Shown here: piece by piece, positions 24,012 to 35,271 of the stretch
Numbering within the stretch: position 1 is the stretch's first letter
Layout of the letters: each line of letters begins with the position of its first letter
Origin: Octopus vulgaris
Lineage: Eukaryota
Assembly: GCA_951406725.2 (NCBI GenBank)
Contig: OX597824.1
Location: 96,100,001-96,164,000, forward strand
Reading direction: 5' to 3'
DNA: 64,000 nucleotides
Translations under genes and position numbers: made by a program
Notes under the pieces: model-generated
The model's database searches: none
The model's input: only the letters and a program-made list of their open reading frames with translations
What the model was told of the DNA's origin: nothing

Positions 24012-27000
24012 CTGAAATATAAAAAGAAAGGAAGAAACTGGTTATAGAATATAAAAAGATATAAATATAAATATAAAAAAAAGAAACATCCATTGAGAAA
24101 TATTCACAGAAGAGGAATGGATCAACACAACATATTTTCATGTATCTCTGAAATCTATCATCAGAGCTACAACACCAATGTTTTGTAATCTGCTATCCAA
24201 AGATCTAAGTAAACAGTCTCTTGTTCCAAACATCTTCAAAGGTATGAAGCAAGTGGCTGATTCACTGACAGGAGACGAGATGACCACAGCACCTCTCGTG
24301 GACTGCAGCTTTTGCAGAGTAAAAATGTAAAGAAACATCATCATCATCGTTTAACGTCCGTTTTCCGTGCGAGCATGGGTTGGACGGTTCGACCGGGGTT
24401 TGGGAAGCCGGGAGGCTGCACCAGGCTCCAGTCTGATCTGGTAGTGTTTCTACAGCTGGATGCCCTTCCTAACACCAACCACTCCATGAGTGTAGTGGCT
24501 GCTTTTTACATGCCACCGGCACAGGGGCCAGGGGAGACTACATACTACGTACACACACACACACACATCATCTTCATTATCATTTAAACAACATGTTCTA
24601 TGCTGGCATGGGCCAGATCATTTGATAGAACCCAATGGGTCCAAAGATTGCATCATGCCTCAGTGTCCTGCTTTGGTTTGGTTCCTTTGACCGGATGTCC
24701 TTCCTAATGCCAACCACCTGACAGCATGTACTGAATGCCTTTCCTCCATGCTCTCGGCACAAATAAGGTTGCCGTGCAGCTTACAAGACTACAAAATCCA
24801 AGAGAGCTGACTTTATGCTAGGAGATGTGATGCTAAAGTATGAGAGAAGGGGCTAGAACAGAACAGGTTCTTTGCTATAAAGGGGCTACACGGCAACGCA
24901 CATTCTACAAAAGTGGGTCAGGGTGATGCTGGTGGAGTTGGGAAGAGATAGAAAAAGTGGTGATGATGTGTCCTTCCTCAAAGTCCAATTCTTGACCTCC
25001 TCGTGGCAGGAAGGTAAAATGACTGAGTGTCAAACCTATGCCATCAGGGACCTTCAGTCCCTGGTAGGGCCACCCAAGGTGAACTGGTCCGACACCGGTA
25101 GTGCTAGAGCTGCAACCTGGCTAACTGGAGGGCAATGGTGAATTCCCGGTGATGTCTGTTCCGGAATCTGGCAGGTTCCTGGTGGTGTTGGATCGTGTCT
25201 GTGGGCATCCTGCAGCGAGAAGGCACAACACAAGGACAACCTGCTATGGGTTGTTTGTGGTGGCTTACGAATATAAAGAGGAACTGTTTTCACAGACTCT
25301 GATCATCCTTTGAAACTTCTATGAACTCGATAGAAGCCAGTTTAGCTCCTCCCAGGTGAATGCCATCTCAACACAAGAAGATGTGTGTGGGTGGACCTTC
25401 ATAACATCTCTGAACTATTTATTCTCTCAACAACAATTTCCTAAACCAACAAAAGCACAATTTTCATAGATTTACTGATTCTTTCGGTTATCTGGCACTC
25501 CATCGGGGTGTTCCAGTTGAGGCATTCAACAGAATGGCCTGCTCATAAAATTAACATACAAGTAGCTGAACCCCCACTAGTAAGCACCATTCATGCGTGG
25601 GTCATTGCCAGTGTCGCCTGACTGGCTCCCCATGCTGGTGGCATGTAAAAAGCACCATCCAAGCATGGTCGATGCCAACCCCGTTGCCCTAACTGGTTCC
25701 TGTGCCAGTGGAACATAAAAAGCACCATCCAAACGTGGTGGATGCCAGCCCCGCCTGACTGGCTCCCGTGCTGGTAGCACGTAAAAAGCACCATCTGAAT
25801 GTGGTCAATGCCATCCCCGCGCTCTGACTGGTTCCTGTGCTGGTGGCACATAAAAAGCACCCATTACACTCTCGGAGTGGTTGGCCTTAGGAAGGGCATC
25901 TAACTGTAGAAACCTTGCCAGATCAGATTGGAGCCTGGTGCTGCCTCCTGGCTTCCCAGACCCCAGTCAAACTGTCCAACCCATGCCAGCATGGAAAACG
26001 GACGTTAAACGATGATAATGATTCAGCATGACACAGAATGCAACAAGACTGACCCTTTGAAATGCAGATACAACTCATTTATGCCAGCTGAATGGACTGG
26101 AGCATCTTGCTCAAGGACATAACATGCTCCCAGATCCCCTAACTACTAAGCCATGTGCCTTCACATGATTCTTTCGCTACCACTACAGAAAGTATGAATG
26201 AAGCTATGCTCCACTAAGAAGATCAGAATAAGACCGAAACATGTCCAGAATGACACTGCTAAACTTTTATTTATTTAGTTAGTTTTCTTTTTACTGGTTG
26301 CACTCTTTGAACTGTGGAATTGCTATGGCACTGCATTCAGGATTCCATTGCCAGTACTTTGTTTTGTACTTATTTTATCAATTTCTACTTATTGAATAGT
26401 GGAGGCACATGGCTAAGTGGTTAGTGTATTGGACTCGTGATCATAAGGTTGTAGTTTCGATTCCTGGACTGAGGTATGTGTTGTGTTCTTGAGTGAAATA
26501 TTCCATTCCATGTTGCCCCAGTCCACTCAGCTGGTTAAAATGAGTAATCGTGCGACAGACCAGCATCCCATTCAGGGAGGAATATCTATGCCAGAGAAAC
26601 CAGGAAACCAGCCCCATGCTCCTTACAGAGCAATAATATACTCTGACCAACTCACTGAACAGGAACAGGCCTGACTGGCTGGGCCGTTAAGAAGTCCACT
26701 TCCCAACCATATGATCTTGGGTTCAGTCCCACAGCGACAAGTGTCTTCTATGGTTCAAGTAAAGACTTGAGCAGATTTGTCTAGACTGAAACTGAAAGAA
26801 GCCTGTCGTGTGTGTGTGTGTGCACATTCTTGATATGACATCATGTGATAATTGTAAACGAATGGCACCATCATACAAGCAGGAACCATACCGTGAGACC
26901 AAACTTGGAACCAATTAGTTACTAAGTGAACTTCTTAACCAAGGAAAATGACAATATTAGTCAATGGCTAATACATTTTTTATTTTCCTTACTATCACAG

Positions 27001-27489
27001 ACATGGCTGTGTGACAAGAAGTTTGCCTCCTAACAACATGGTTCTGGGTTCAGTCCCACTGCATGGCACTGTGGGTAAATGTCTCCTACTGTAGCCTCAA
27101 GCTGACCAAAGTCTTGTGAGTGGATTTGGTTGACGGAAAATGAAAGAAGCCCATCATATATATATATATATATATATATGACGGGCTTCTTTCAGTTTCC
27201 ATCTGCCAAATCTACTCACAAGGCTTTGGTCAGCCTTATATCTATATATATAAAACCGAGAATGTCTGTCTGTATGTGTGCATCGCTAAAATTCAAGAAC
27301 TGTTTACCAAACAGTGGAGAAGTGGAGTATGACCGACGAAATTCCGGCACTCTGCTGTGATACGACAGTAGGCAACACAAGTTGAGCGAATGGTACCAGT
27401 ACAAATCTAGAAAAGTTATTCAATCGCGACCTGTTTTACTTCCCTTGCTGTCATCGCTTTTTTTGAGTTAGTTTTTAGGAACTGTTTTG

Positions 27490-28165
27490 ACTCACTGATG
27501 GATGCAACTTCTGGTCCAGACATGGGGTTTTTCAAAAGATTTAGAGAAACCTGGACGGAACTGAACAAGAAGGTTTACATAACTTGTAGCAATGAAGTAC
27601 CTGATGATGTCCACTCTGCCATTCTTGGATTTCTTGAATACCACCTTTCTATGCAGAAATGATTACCGAGAATTGTTGGGGTTAACAATGATCTTTCTTA
27701 GCAGCAATTTACATATTCAAGATATACTTGTTTCAAGATCAATTTCAGTTTTCTCCTGAGGAGAAGCACTCATGTATTTTTCTTGCTCACGTGTATGTCC
27801 AAGCCTGGTTTCTGACATCAGAAGTAATTAAAGCACCTTATCATGATTTCCTATTCATGCGTCAACTGATAAATTATCAGGATATTGATCCAGAAATCAG
27901 TAAGGCTGCCGCAAAAATATTTTCCAACCATCTCTGGTATTTAGCTCCCGAAACTGTGGCTCTGTCCATATTTGATGACAATGTTCCAGCAGAGGTGAAG
28001 GCAAATATTGCTCGAGTTATGCTGGAAGCAGACAAAGGTGAAGAAGAGGAAGAAGAAAAAAATCAACTGAAGAGGTACATTCTGCACCAAAATAACTTTT
28101 CTTCCTTTACAAACATTGAGTTTTTGTCTAAAAACTTTCTTCACGAGATTTTCTATCTGTAACAA
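27490..28165 (+). pseudogene. DNA-transposon transposase fossil (probably hAT-related, hATm-like)
   Basis: TSGPD..FFKRFRETW, DYRELL, YVQAWF, AP.HD and HLWYLAPETVALSIFD segments with stops and frameshifts. Superfamily assignment is from memory and tentative. Confidence 0.65.
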
Positions 28166-28287
28166 TTTTCTCAACAAAGTTTACTGGTCTTCTACAGCAG
28201 ATCCTATTAAGTAAGATCTGGAGAATGTGATTTTGAAAGGATTCTGCTTCTCTTACTAATAACGAATTCTGACCCAACCTATCAATT

Positions 28288-28658
28288 GGAAGCACTCCAT
28301 CGGTTACGGCGATGAGGGTTCCGGTTGATCCGATCAACGGAACAGCCTGCTCGTGAAATTAATGTGTAAGTGGCTGAGCACTCCACAGACACGTGTACCC
28401 TTAACGTAGTTCTCGGGGATATTCAGCGTGACACAGAGAGTGACAAGGCCGGCCCTTTGAAATACAGGTACAACAGAAACAGGAAGTAAGAGTGAGAGAA
28501 AGTTGTAGTGAAAGAGTACAGCAGGGATCACCACCATCCCCTGCTGGAGCCTCGTGGAGCTTTAGGTGTTTTCGCTCAATAAACACTCACAACACCCGGT
28601 CTGGGAATCGAAGCCGCGAGTCTGCTGCCCTAACCACTGTGCCATTGCGCCTCCACTG
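28288..28658 (-). mobile_element. Family D tRNA-derived SINE with 10-bp TSD
   Basis: Head gtggaggcgcaatggcacagtggttagggcagc...ttcgattccc; TSD cctatcaatt at 28278-28287 and 28659-28668. Related heads near 4790-5135-, 26400+, 28848+. Confidence 0.8.
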
Positions 28659-30013
28659 CCTATCAATTATATGCTTCACCAATGATCTGTTCATCACTAT
28701 GTTTCTATATCAGCAGAGGCTAAATTTGTCCAAGTACATGGTTGCTAGTGAACACTCGCTACTAACAATACTCAAAGAAGCAGAGATCTGGATTTAGCAA
28801 TTCCATTGCTAATGTTAGACACTTTTGCCTGCTATGGATACATCTCATGGAGGTGCTTGGCCTAGTGGTTAAGATGTTCGACTCACAATTGTAAGATTGT
28901 GGTTTCGATTCCTGGACTGGGCAATGCATTGTATTCTTGAGCAAAACACCTCACTTCACGTTGCTCCAGTCCACTTAGCTGTAGAAATGAGTACCACTAG
29001 TTAGGTTTCCATCCAACCCATGTTTGCATGGAAAATGGACAATAAACGAGGATGATGTTGGATTTACAACTGTAAGATTGTGAGTTCGATCCCTGGACCA
29101 GGTGATCCGTTGTGTTCTTGAGCAAGACACTTCGTCTCACATTGCTCTAGTTCACTCAGCTGTAGAAATGGGTTTAGCCTTGAAAGGGATGGGCTCGACC
29201 AGGCTTTCTCACCCTAAATATGATGCACCCCAATGACCCCCACGGGGTTAAGGGACTTGTCAGATACATCTCTCTACTTTTTAGCACTATAAGTCTATAC
29301 CGGATGATTTCTCGAGACAAATCAAAATCAAACCAAATCAAATCAGAAAGCAGAACCAAAATCAAAGTCGATCAATGTCAATGAAAATTGCGGCTGTGAT
29401 ACCAGAGCCAGTGACAAGTAACCGAACAAATCCGATCGTGGCCGTTGCCAGCGCCGCCCCGACTGGCTTCCGTGCCGGTGACATGTAAAAAGCACCATCC
29501 GTTCGTGGCCGTTGCCAGCCTCGCCTGGCCCCGTGCTGGTGGCACGTAAAAAGCACCATCCGTCCGTGGCCGTTTGCCAGCTCCGTCTGGCACCTGTGCG
29601 GGTGGCACGTAAAAAGCACCCACTAAACTCACGGAGTGGTTGGCGTTAGGAAGGGCATCCAGCCGTAGAAACACTGCCAGATCAGACTGGGCCTGGTGCA
29701 GCCTTCTGGCTTCACAGACCCCAGTTGAACCGTCCAACCCATGCTAGCATGGAAAACAGACGCTAAACGATGATGAATGCCACAGTGTAGTGGCTTTCAA
29801 CAGAATATGTAAGTTAAGTAAGATATACAGAATGCTATTTTGAACTAAAACTGCTTCTGTTGCTAAAAACGAACATTGCCTTTAGTTCAATAACTGTAAT
29901 TATTAAGCTGGGGTTTGGAACAGAAATTAAGATAAAATCTTTAATTTAGGTTACTTTAAAACAGAAAACTTGTATCATCTGACGAAGGGCCGTCACTGAC
30001 GAATTCATCTCAT

Positions 30014-30048
<35 letters not shown>

Positions 30049-31030
30049 TTAGAGTACTTATTTTGTTTGGTAATTGCCAGCAATAAGTCAACAGTGTGTA
30101 TATATACATATATATATATACATACATATACATATATATATATATATGTCAAAATAAGCAACAAGGATATCATCTACCATACCTAGAGTATATATATATA
30201 TATAAAATCGAGGAAAAGTTTTTCTGTCACACTAAAATTTGTACTTGAAGGGAAAATAATGCAATGTTTACTACCAACAGAAATTCAGACAGAAGTGAGG
30301 TTTAAAAAAACAAACAAACTCGGCTCTAAGCAGCCACAGACAAAATTATGTAAATATTACGACGGAGCAGAAAATGTGACGGAACTCGACAGAGAAGAGC
30401 TTCTGTGGTGATGAGTCATTAGACATAGGAGAGGCAACGACAACGATTTCATGTGATTCCACCTCCATCCAGCCATCCCTTTCAGTTCAATTATCAACAT
30501 TAAACAAACTTTATTTGGAGGAAAGAAAGAAAAGAACGAAAGAAAGAAAGAAAAAGGAAGGCAGGAAGTGCTCGTTTGTTTATCCGTTCTACCCAACCCC
30601 CTGATCAGCTAGATCTAGTTGACCCGGCCCTATGATCAAAGGTACTCCAACCACGATCAACAAATTGGCCTCATTGTGCAATGTGTCCCCTTTTTTTTTT
30701 TAAAAGAAAAAATGAAAATAAACAGAGTTGGGCGTGGTTTCCCATAAATCTGTCTGCTACTTCTAACATGTCAGGCGATTTGTCCCGGACATTACCTTTA
30801 TGTAGACAGAGGTTTTGTTGGTGTTGTTTAACCGAAGGTCATGCACTAGTTAAGCAAACATGATCAAAAACAATCCAGTCGTGACCACCCTGTCTTTTAT
30901 TCAGACAGCGTAGCCGAGCCAGACAGGACAGTTGAATGTGTCCCACTTTTTTAGATAGTGTAGAATGGGGGGGATTTTGAGTGCAGTAGCACCACCAAAA
31001 TCGAGCAACCACTTAGAAACAGGGTGAAGC

Positions 31031-31250
31031 AGAACCCTTAGCAGGCCGGGCGAAATGCTTAGCGGCATTTCGTCTGCCTTTACGTTCTGAGTTCAAATTC
31101 CGCTGAGGTCGACTTTGCCTTTCATCCTTTCGGGGTCGATTAAATAAATACCAGTTACGCACTGGGGTCGATATAATCGACTTAATCCGTTTGTCTGTCC
31201 TTGTTTGTCCCCTCTGTGTTTAGCCCCTTGTGGGTAGTAAAGAAACAGGT
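31031..31250 (+). mobile_element. Family C SINE-like repeat
   Basis: ccgggcgaaatgc...gagttcaaattccgc.gaggtcgactttgcctttcatcctttcggggtc. Tandem partial copies at ~44070-44550 (+) and ~15290-15920 (-). Confidence 0.78.
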
Positions 31251-32563
31251 ATAACTTCATATACATCTTATACACTCTGGAACGATTGTCCAAGAGACGG
31301 AAGTGAAGAGAAATAACTCTGGCTTGAATAAGTTGTTAAAAATACCACGGGATGTGTGAAGGTACCAAGTGCCACCAATGTGCTTATCTCGACCAACTAC
31401 ACTCTAAATAATAATTATATTCTTGCACCACAAACAGTATAGGAACAAAATGCCAGTAATTTATTAATCGAACAGCAAAACCGCAACTTGCCCTCCCCCG
31501 ATATCTAAAAACGAGTGGGTTTCATAACCAGTCTCCGTAGTCAGACTATATTCAATAACTGATGGGATTCAACTACAGGATCGAAAGTAATCAGGGTGGC
31601 CCCACTTTTTCTGTACACGAAGATTTTGTAGATAAAGTTAAAGTCTTCTACATGTTGTATACACAGAGTTTGCCAAAAATCTATGGTTATGTTCTGTTAT
31701 ACAGAATACAATATCTAAATAGTAAGATTTGCATAGATTGAGGTTGTATTTTATTAGCCCAAGGTCAGTCCTAACCGAGCTGACTAATTATCAAAAAACA
31801 TGCCAGCCATGACCACCCGTCGTCTTTGGAGTATGCAAAACCGTATTATCTATTTTCCCAAGACAGAAGTGTATGATATGAGTTAGACTTGACTGCTATT
31901 TCTAGCAGGTCGGACGACCATGCTGATGCTCGCTCGGCTGTTGTTTAGATATGAAAGGTGTTCTACCTTTAACCATTCCACCTTCTGTATATGAAGGACT
32001 ACATGGCCTAATGGACTTCTTTTTTACTGAAAACGATAGGTTGTCATTTCAGAGGCTCTCTCGTTATATCGATTTGCATTGAATACGTATCGATGATTTG
32101 ATGAAAGTTACTGTCTCTGTCTAACAGCAACAAATGCGTTCAAATTTAATTCAGAACAACACGAAAATCGGCAGAAATGATAAGAGAATGAATTTCCAAA
32201 CATACATAGGGAAAAAGATTGGACATATAAAGCATTTAGACTCATTGGTTACGATTGGAAGTGTTTAAATGCAATGAATACGATTATGATGAAAAACTGT
32301 CCAAACCGTTTCTATACTAGCAACCAGTGTAACAATAATAAAAGTAGTTTTTCAAAAGAATTCTCTATTCTATGCTCTTGGAATCATCATGATTCATCTA
32401 ACAATCTCCAACACACAACTAGTACTTGGTGTTCGATGAGTTTCCAATCACCAGCAATAAGTGTTTAAGACGAGGTCAATTTTGTAAAAAGGGGCGGGAT
32501 TACCTATATATATCGTTAGCCACTACACACATTTTTTTTCTCTCTTTGTTTTTTTCTGTGTCC

Positions 32564-32599
32564 CTTTCTGTAGAAGAGCGTAGGCTCGAAACGTCAAAG
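32564..32599 (+). ncRNA. Minimal hammerhead-ribozyme-like motif (variant core) in a Penelope-like repeat
   Basis: CTTT-CTGTAGA-A-GAGC-gtag-GCTC-GAAAC-GTC-AAAG gives stem I, stem II, a palindromic stem III and a GUC triplet; the core deviates from CUGANGA. Confidence 0.55.
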
Positions 32600-32680
32600 A
32601 CTTTTTCTATTCCTGAGCGTTATACTAATACATCTGTTTGCTTTGTACACCACCTGTCTCTTGTTTTTTTCGTAAACTCT

Positions 32681-32745
<65 letters not shown>

Positions 32746-33725
32746 TATATATATATATGTATGTATGTGTGCATGTATGTATGTATGTATATATATGTGT
32801 GTAGGTAGAACAATGGATCTTCGTGTTGCCTGAAGTGCTACATTATGGCGAAACGAGTAGGTGTAATATATATTAGGATATCCAGCTTATTTTATATATA
32901 AAACACAGTGTCTCGTTAATAAATAACATACATGGGTATATAATATTGTCGCCCAAAACATGATGTCAGCCTTACATGTTATATTTAATAACTTGTTCTT
33001 GTATCGAAGAATATAAATGCTCGTCTCTCGACAAAAACTGTTTAAGAAACTGAATCAAATTAACGTGTTGTGTAGACCCGATGCAATTCGAATCATAAGA
33101 AAAACTTGAGAAAGGTAAAACACCCAAAATATTTGGTACAGGTGTTAAATAGTTCAATATCTTATCTCATTAAGAATAAAAGTTATAATGTTCGTCTACC
33201 CAGACTAACAATTTCCTAAATGACAGTCTCCTTTCTGTGTTGTTGCGACAAACTTCTGAAGTTCTTCAGGCGAAAAGCAAGACAAGTTTTTAAAGGAACA
33301 GAGAGGGCAACTGAATGTTTATTGACAAAGATGTTAATGTCTCCAAACTTGCAAGAATATCTTCAAGAGCTGGAATTGAATGAATGGGATGCAAGTCCCG
33401 TGATAACGGGTAACATTCCGATGTGATCTTCTCAACAACTATAGAAAAACAAAGCATTTCGAATATAATAGAAGCAAGTCTGTGGTGGATTTCGCTTCAG
33501 ACCGGCCTAAATTTCAGGTTTCTGGCATTATCGACCCAAAGTGACAAAAGGCGGAGTTGATAACGGTGTAAATTAAACGGAGAAACTGGAAAGACAAATT
33601 ACAGAGAAGCGAGATACTCAACCACTTATCATTTCAATCGCCCAAATAATGATATGTCACGTTGCTATAAACCTATCAATTGTTAAGGGAGAACTTATAA
33701 AGGATTTAAACAACCCCAATACATG

Positions 33726-33967
33726 GGTACTACTTGAGAACAGTGGTCCCGGTGCGCGCACTCGCGTAGTCGCGCTAGCTAGTCATGACTAGTCGATCCT
33801 TACTTTGTGTTTTTGTGTTATTTACTTTGTGTAAAAAAAATTATTTATTTTGTGTTTTATTTACTTTGCTAGGGGAGTCGTTGTAGACTCGACTAGTCAC
33901 GACTAGCTAGCGCGGATGCGCGACTAGGCGAGTGCGCGCACCGGGACCACTGTTCTCAAGTAGTACC
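33726..33967. mobile_element. CpG-rich fold-back element, 40-bp perfect TIRs, long flanking direct repeat
   Basis: 33726-33765 is the exact reverse complement of 33928-33967; direct repeats at 33700-33725 and 33968-33995. Confidence 0.85.
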
Positions 33968-34563
33968 AAGGATTTAAACAACCCCCCAATACATGTACTG
34001 TACTTATAAATTAAATAACAACACGGACTTCGGTCGCTTCAAAGAAATAAATGACTTCAGCTTGATAAGTTCCGTCACATGAAATATTTGCCACAGACTC
34101 ACTGCTTCTTCATTATGGAAAAAAGAATAATATGTCGTGGAGCTAATTAAGTGTATTTTGTAATTAATTCTCGCACGCTTTGAGCCTTTTTCATTCATCA
34201 AAGGCGTTGTTGTAGCAGGTACCCTCGGCTTTTATGGATGGCTTCGGAGGTGGTGTGCGGGGAAAGGCACTCCCAGCCCGAACTCAGTCCGGAAAGGATG
34301 GACGGAAGCCTGGTTCAATGTCACAATAAACGATAACAAAAGAAAAATGGTAAATGAAATGAAGAATCACAGAAAGTGTTGAGCAAGTTGAGGTGTAAAT
34401 ATATATAAAAGAAACGGAGGAGAGGAATTATCTCGTCGCCTTTTAAAATAAAACTGCGACATTCCATGGGAAATCTGAAGAGGAGGAGAAGAACCCGATG
34501 GAACGGGAAGTAAAAAGGGGTTTGGCTTCGAAAGAAAGGGATAAATGGAAGTTCTGTTCCTAC

Positions 34564-34642
34564 CGTAGCATGCGATAGATCCGATTTGGATTTGTAATGG
34601 GAGTTTTTCCAGTATTGGAACGGCTTCGTAGGCACAAGGCAT
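34564..34642 (-). CDS. VPS39: VPS39/Vam6 coding exon 1
   Basis: MPCAYEAVPILEKLPLQIQIGSIACY+G matches the VPS39 N-terminus (MHDAF/YE.VPILEKLPLQI). It ends at a gtagga donor in phase 1, which fits exon 2. Confidence 0.9.
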
Positions 34643-34653
34643 CCTTCAGGCAT

Positions 34654-35271
34654 GAGAGATAAACACGGAGACCAACGATGCGCACCTCTCTCCTCCCCCT
34701 CACTCTCTCCCTCTGTCTCTTTCTTTCTCTCTCTCTCTCCTCTCTCTTTCTTTCTCTCCCTCTCTCTCTCTCTTTCGCTTCGCTTTCAGCTTGTTTGTGT
34801 CATGTGACCAGGGTCGTACACCAAAGAGTTACACTCAAGGCCAGTAACTTCACTTTACAGCTTGTTTAGAATCATACACCAAAGAGTTACACTCAAGGCT
34901 GATAACATAAAACTTTGAGAGACCAGGATCATACACCAAAGAGTTACACTCAAGGCTGATAACTTCACTTCCAGCTTGTTTGTGTCATGTGACCAGAATT
35001 AGCCTTGAGTTACACTCAACAGGCGAGTGACTCAACACTTCAGTTGATCAACTTCTCTACTTCACCGTGCTGTAAACTTTGAAAGACTTAGGCTGCGTGC
35101 GAAGTTTAAATGGTAGTATAGACTTGATTAACTACTTTATAATCACTTCAGATTGACATTCATTACAAAATATAATTGATTTCTTGTATTTTTTAATGAT
35201 TTTATTGCTGTTATAATATTAATTCCTTCGCGTTGTTAAAAGTGAAAGTAGTGAAACTTATCTGCGCCATT
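34654..35271. promoter_or_regulatory. Putative bidirectional promoter/5'UTR region between VPS39 and TRPT1
   Basis: Divergent ATGs 630 bp apart; CT-rich tract; two GTCATGTGAC motifs (34799, 34984); TGACTCA at 35028; local 24-bp repeats. Confidence 0.6.

Noticed and set aside
26213-26250. Hammerhead-like ctaagaa...gaccgaaacatgtc (similar motif at ~2445-2478 minus; another at ~32830-32865)
   Set aside because: Core positions deviate and stem I is not convincing; at most dead relics.
30355-30600. CpG-containing segment with GGAAGTG and a possible donor as an alternative VPS39 first exon
   Set aside because: The two ATG frames examined are not phase-compatible with exon 2; no other support.
34817-34955. 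CRISPR-like look: three 24-bp repeats with ~33-bp spacers
   Set aside because: Eukaryotic context, no cas genes, and the spacers resemble each other; this is local tandem duplication.
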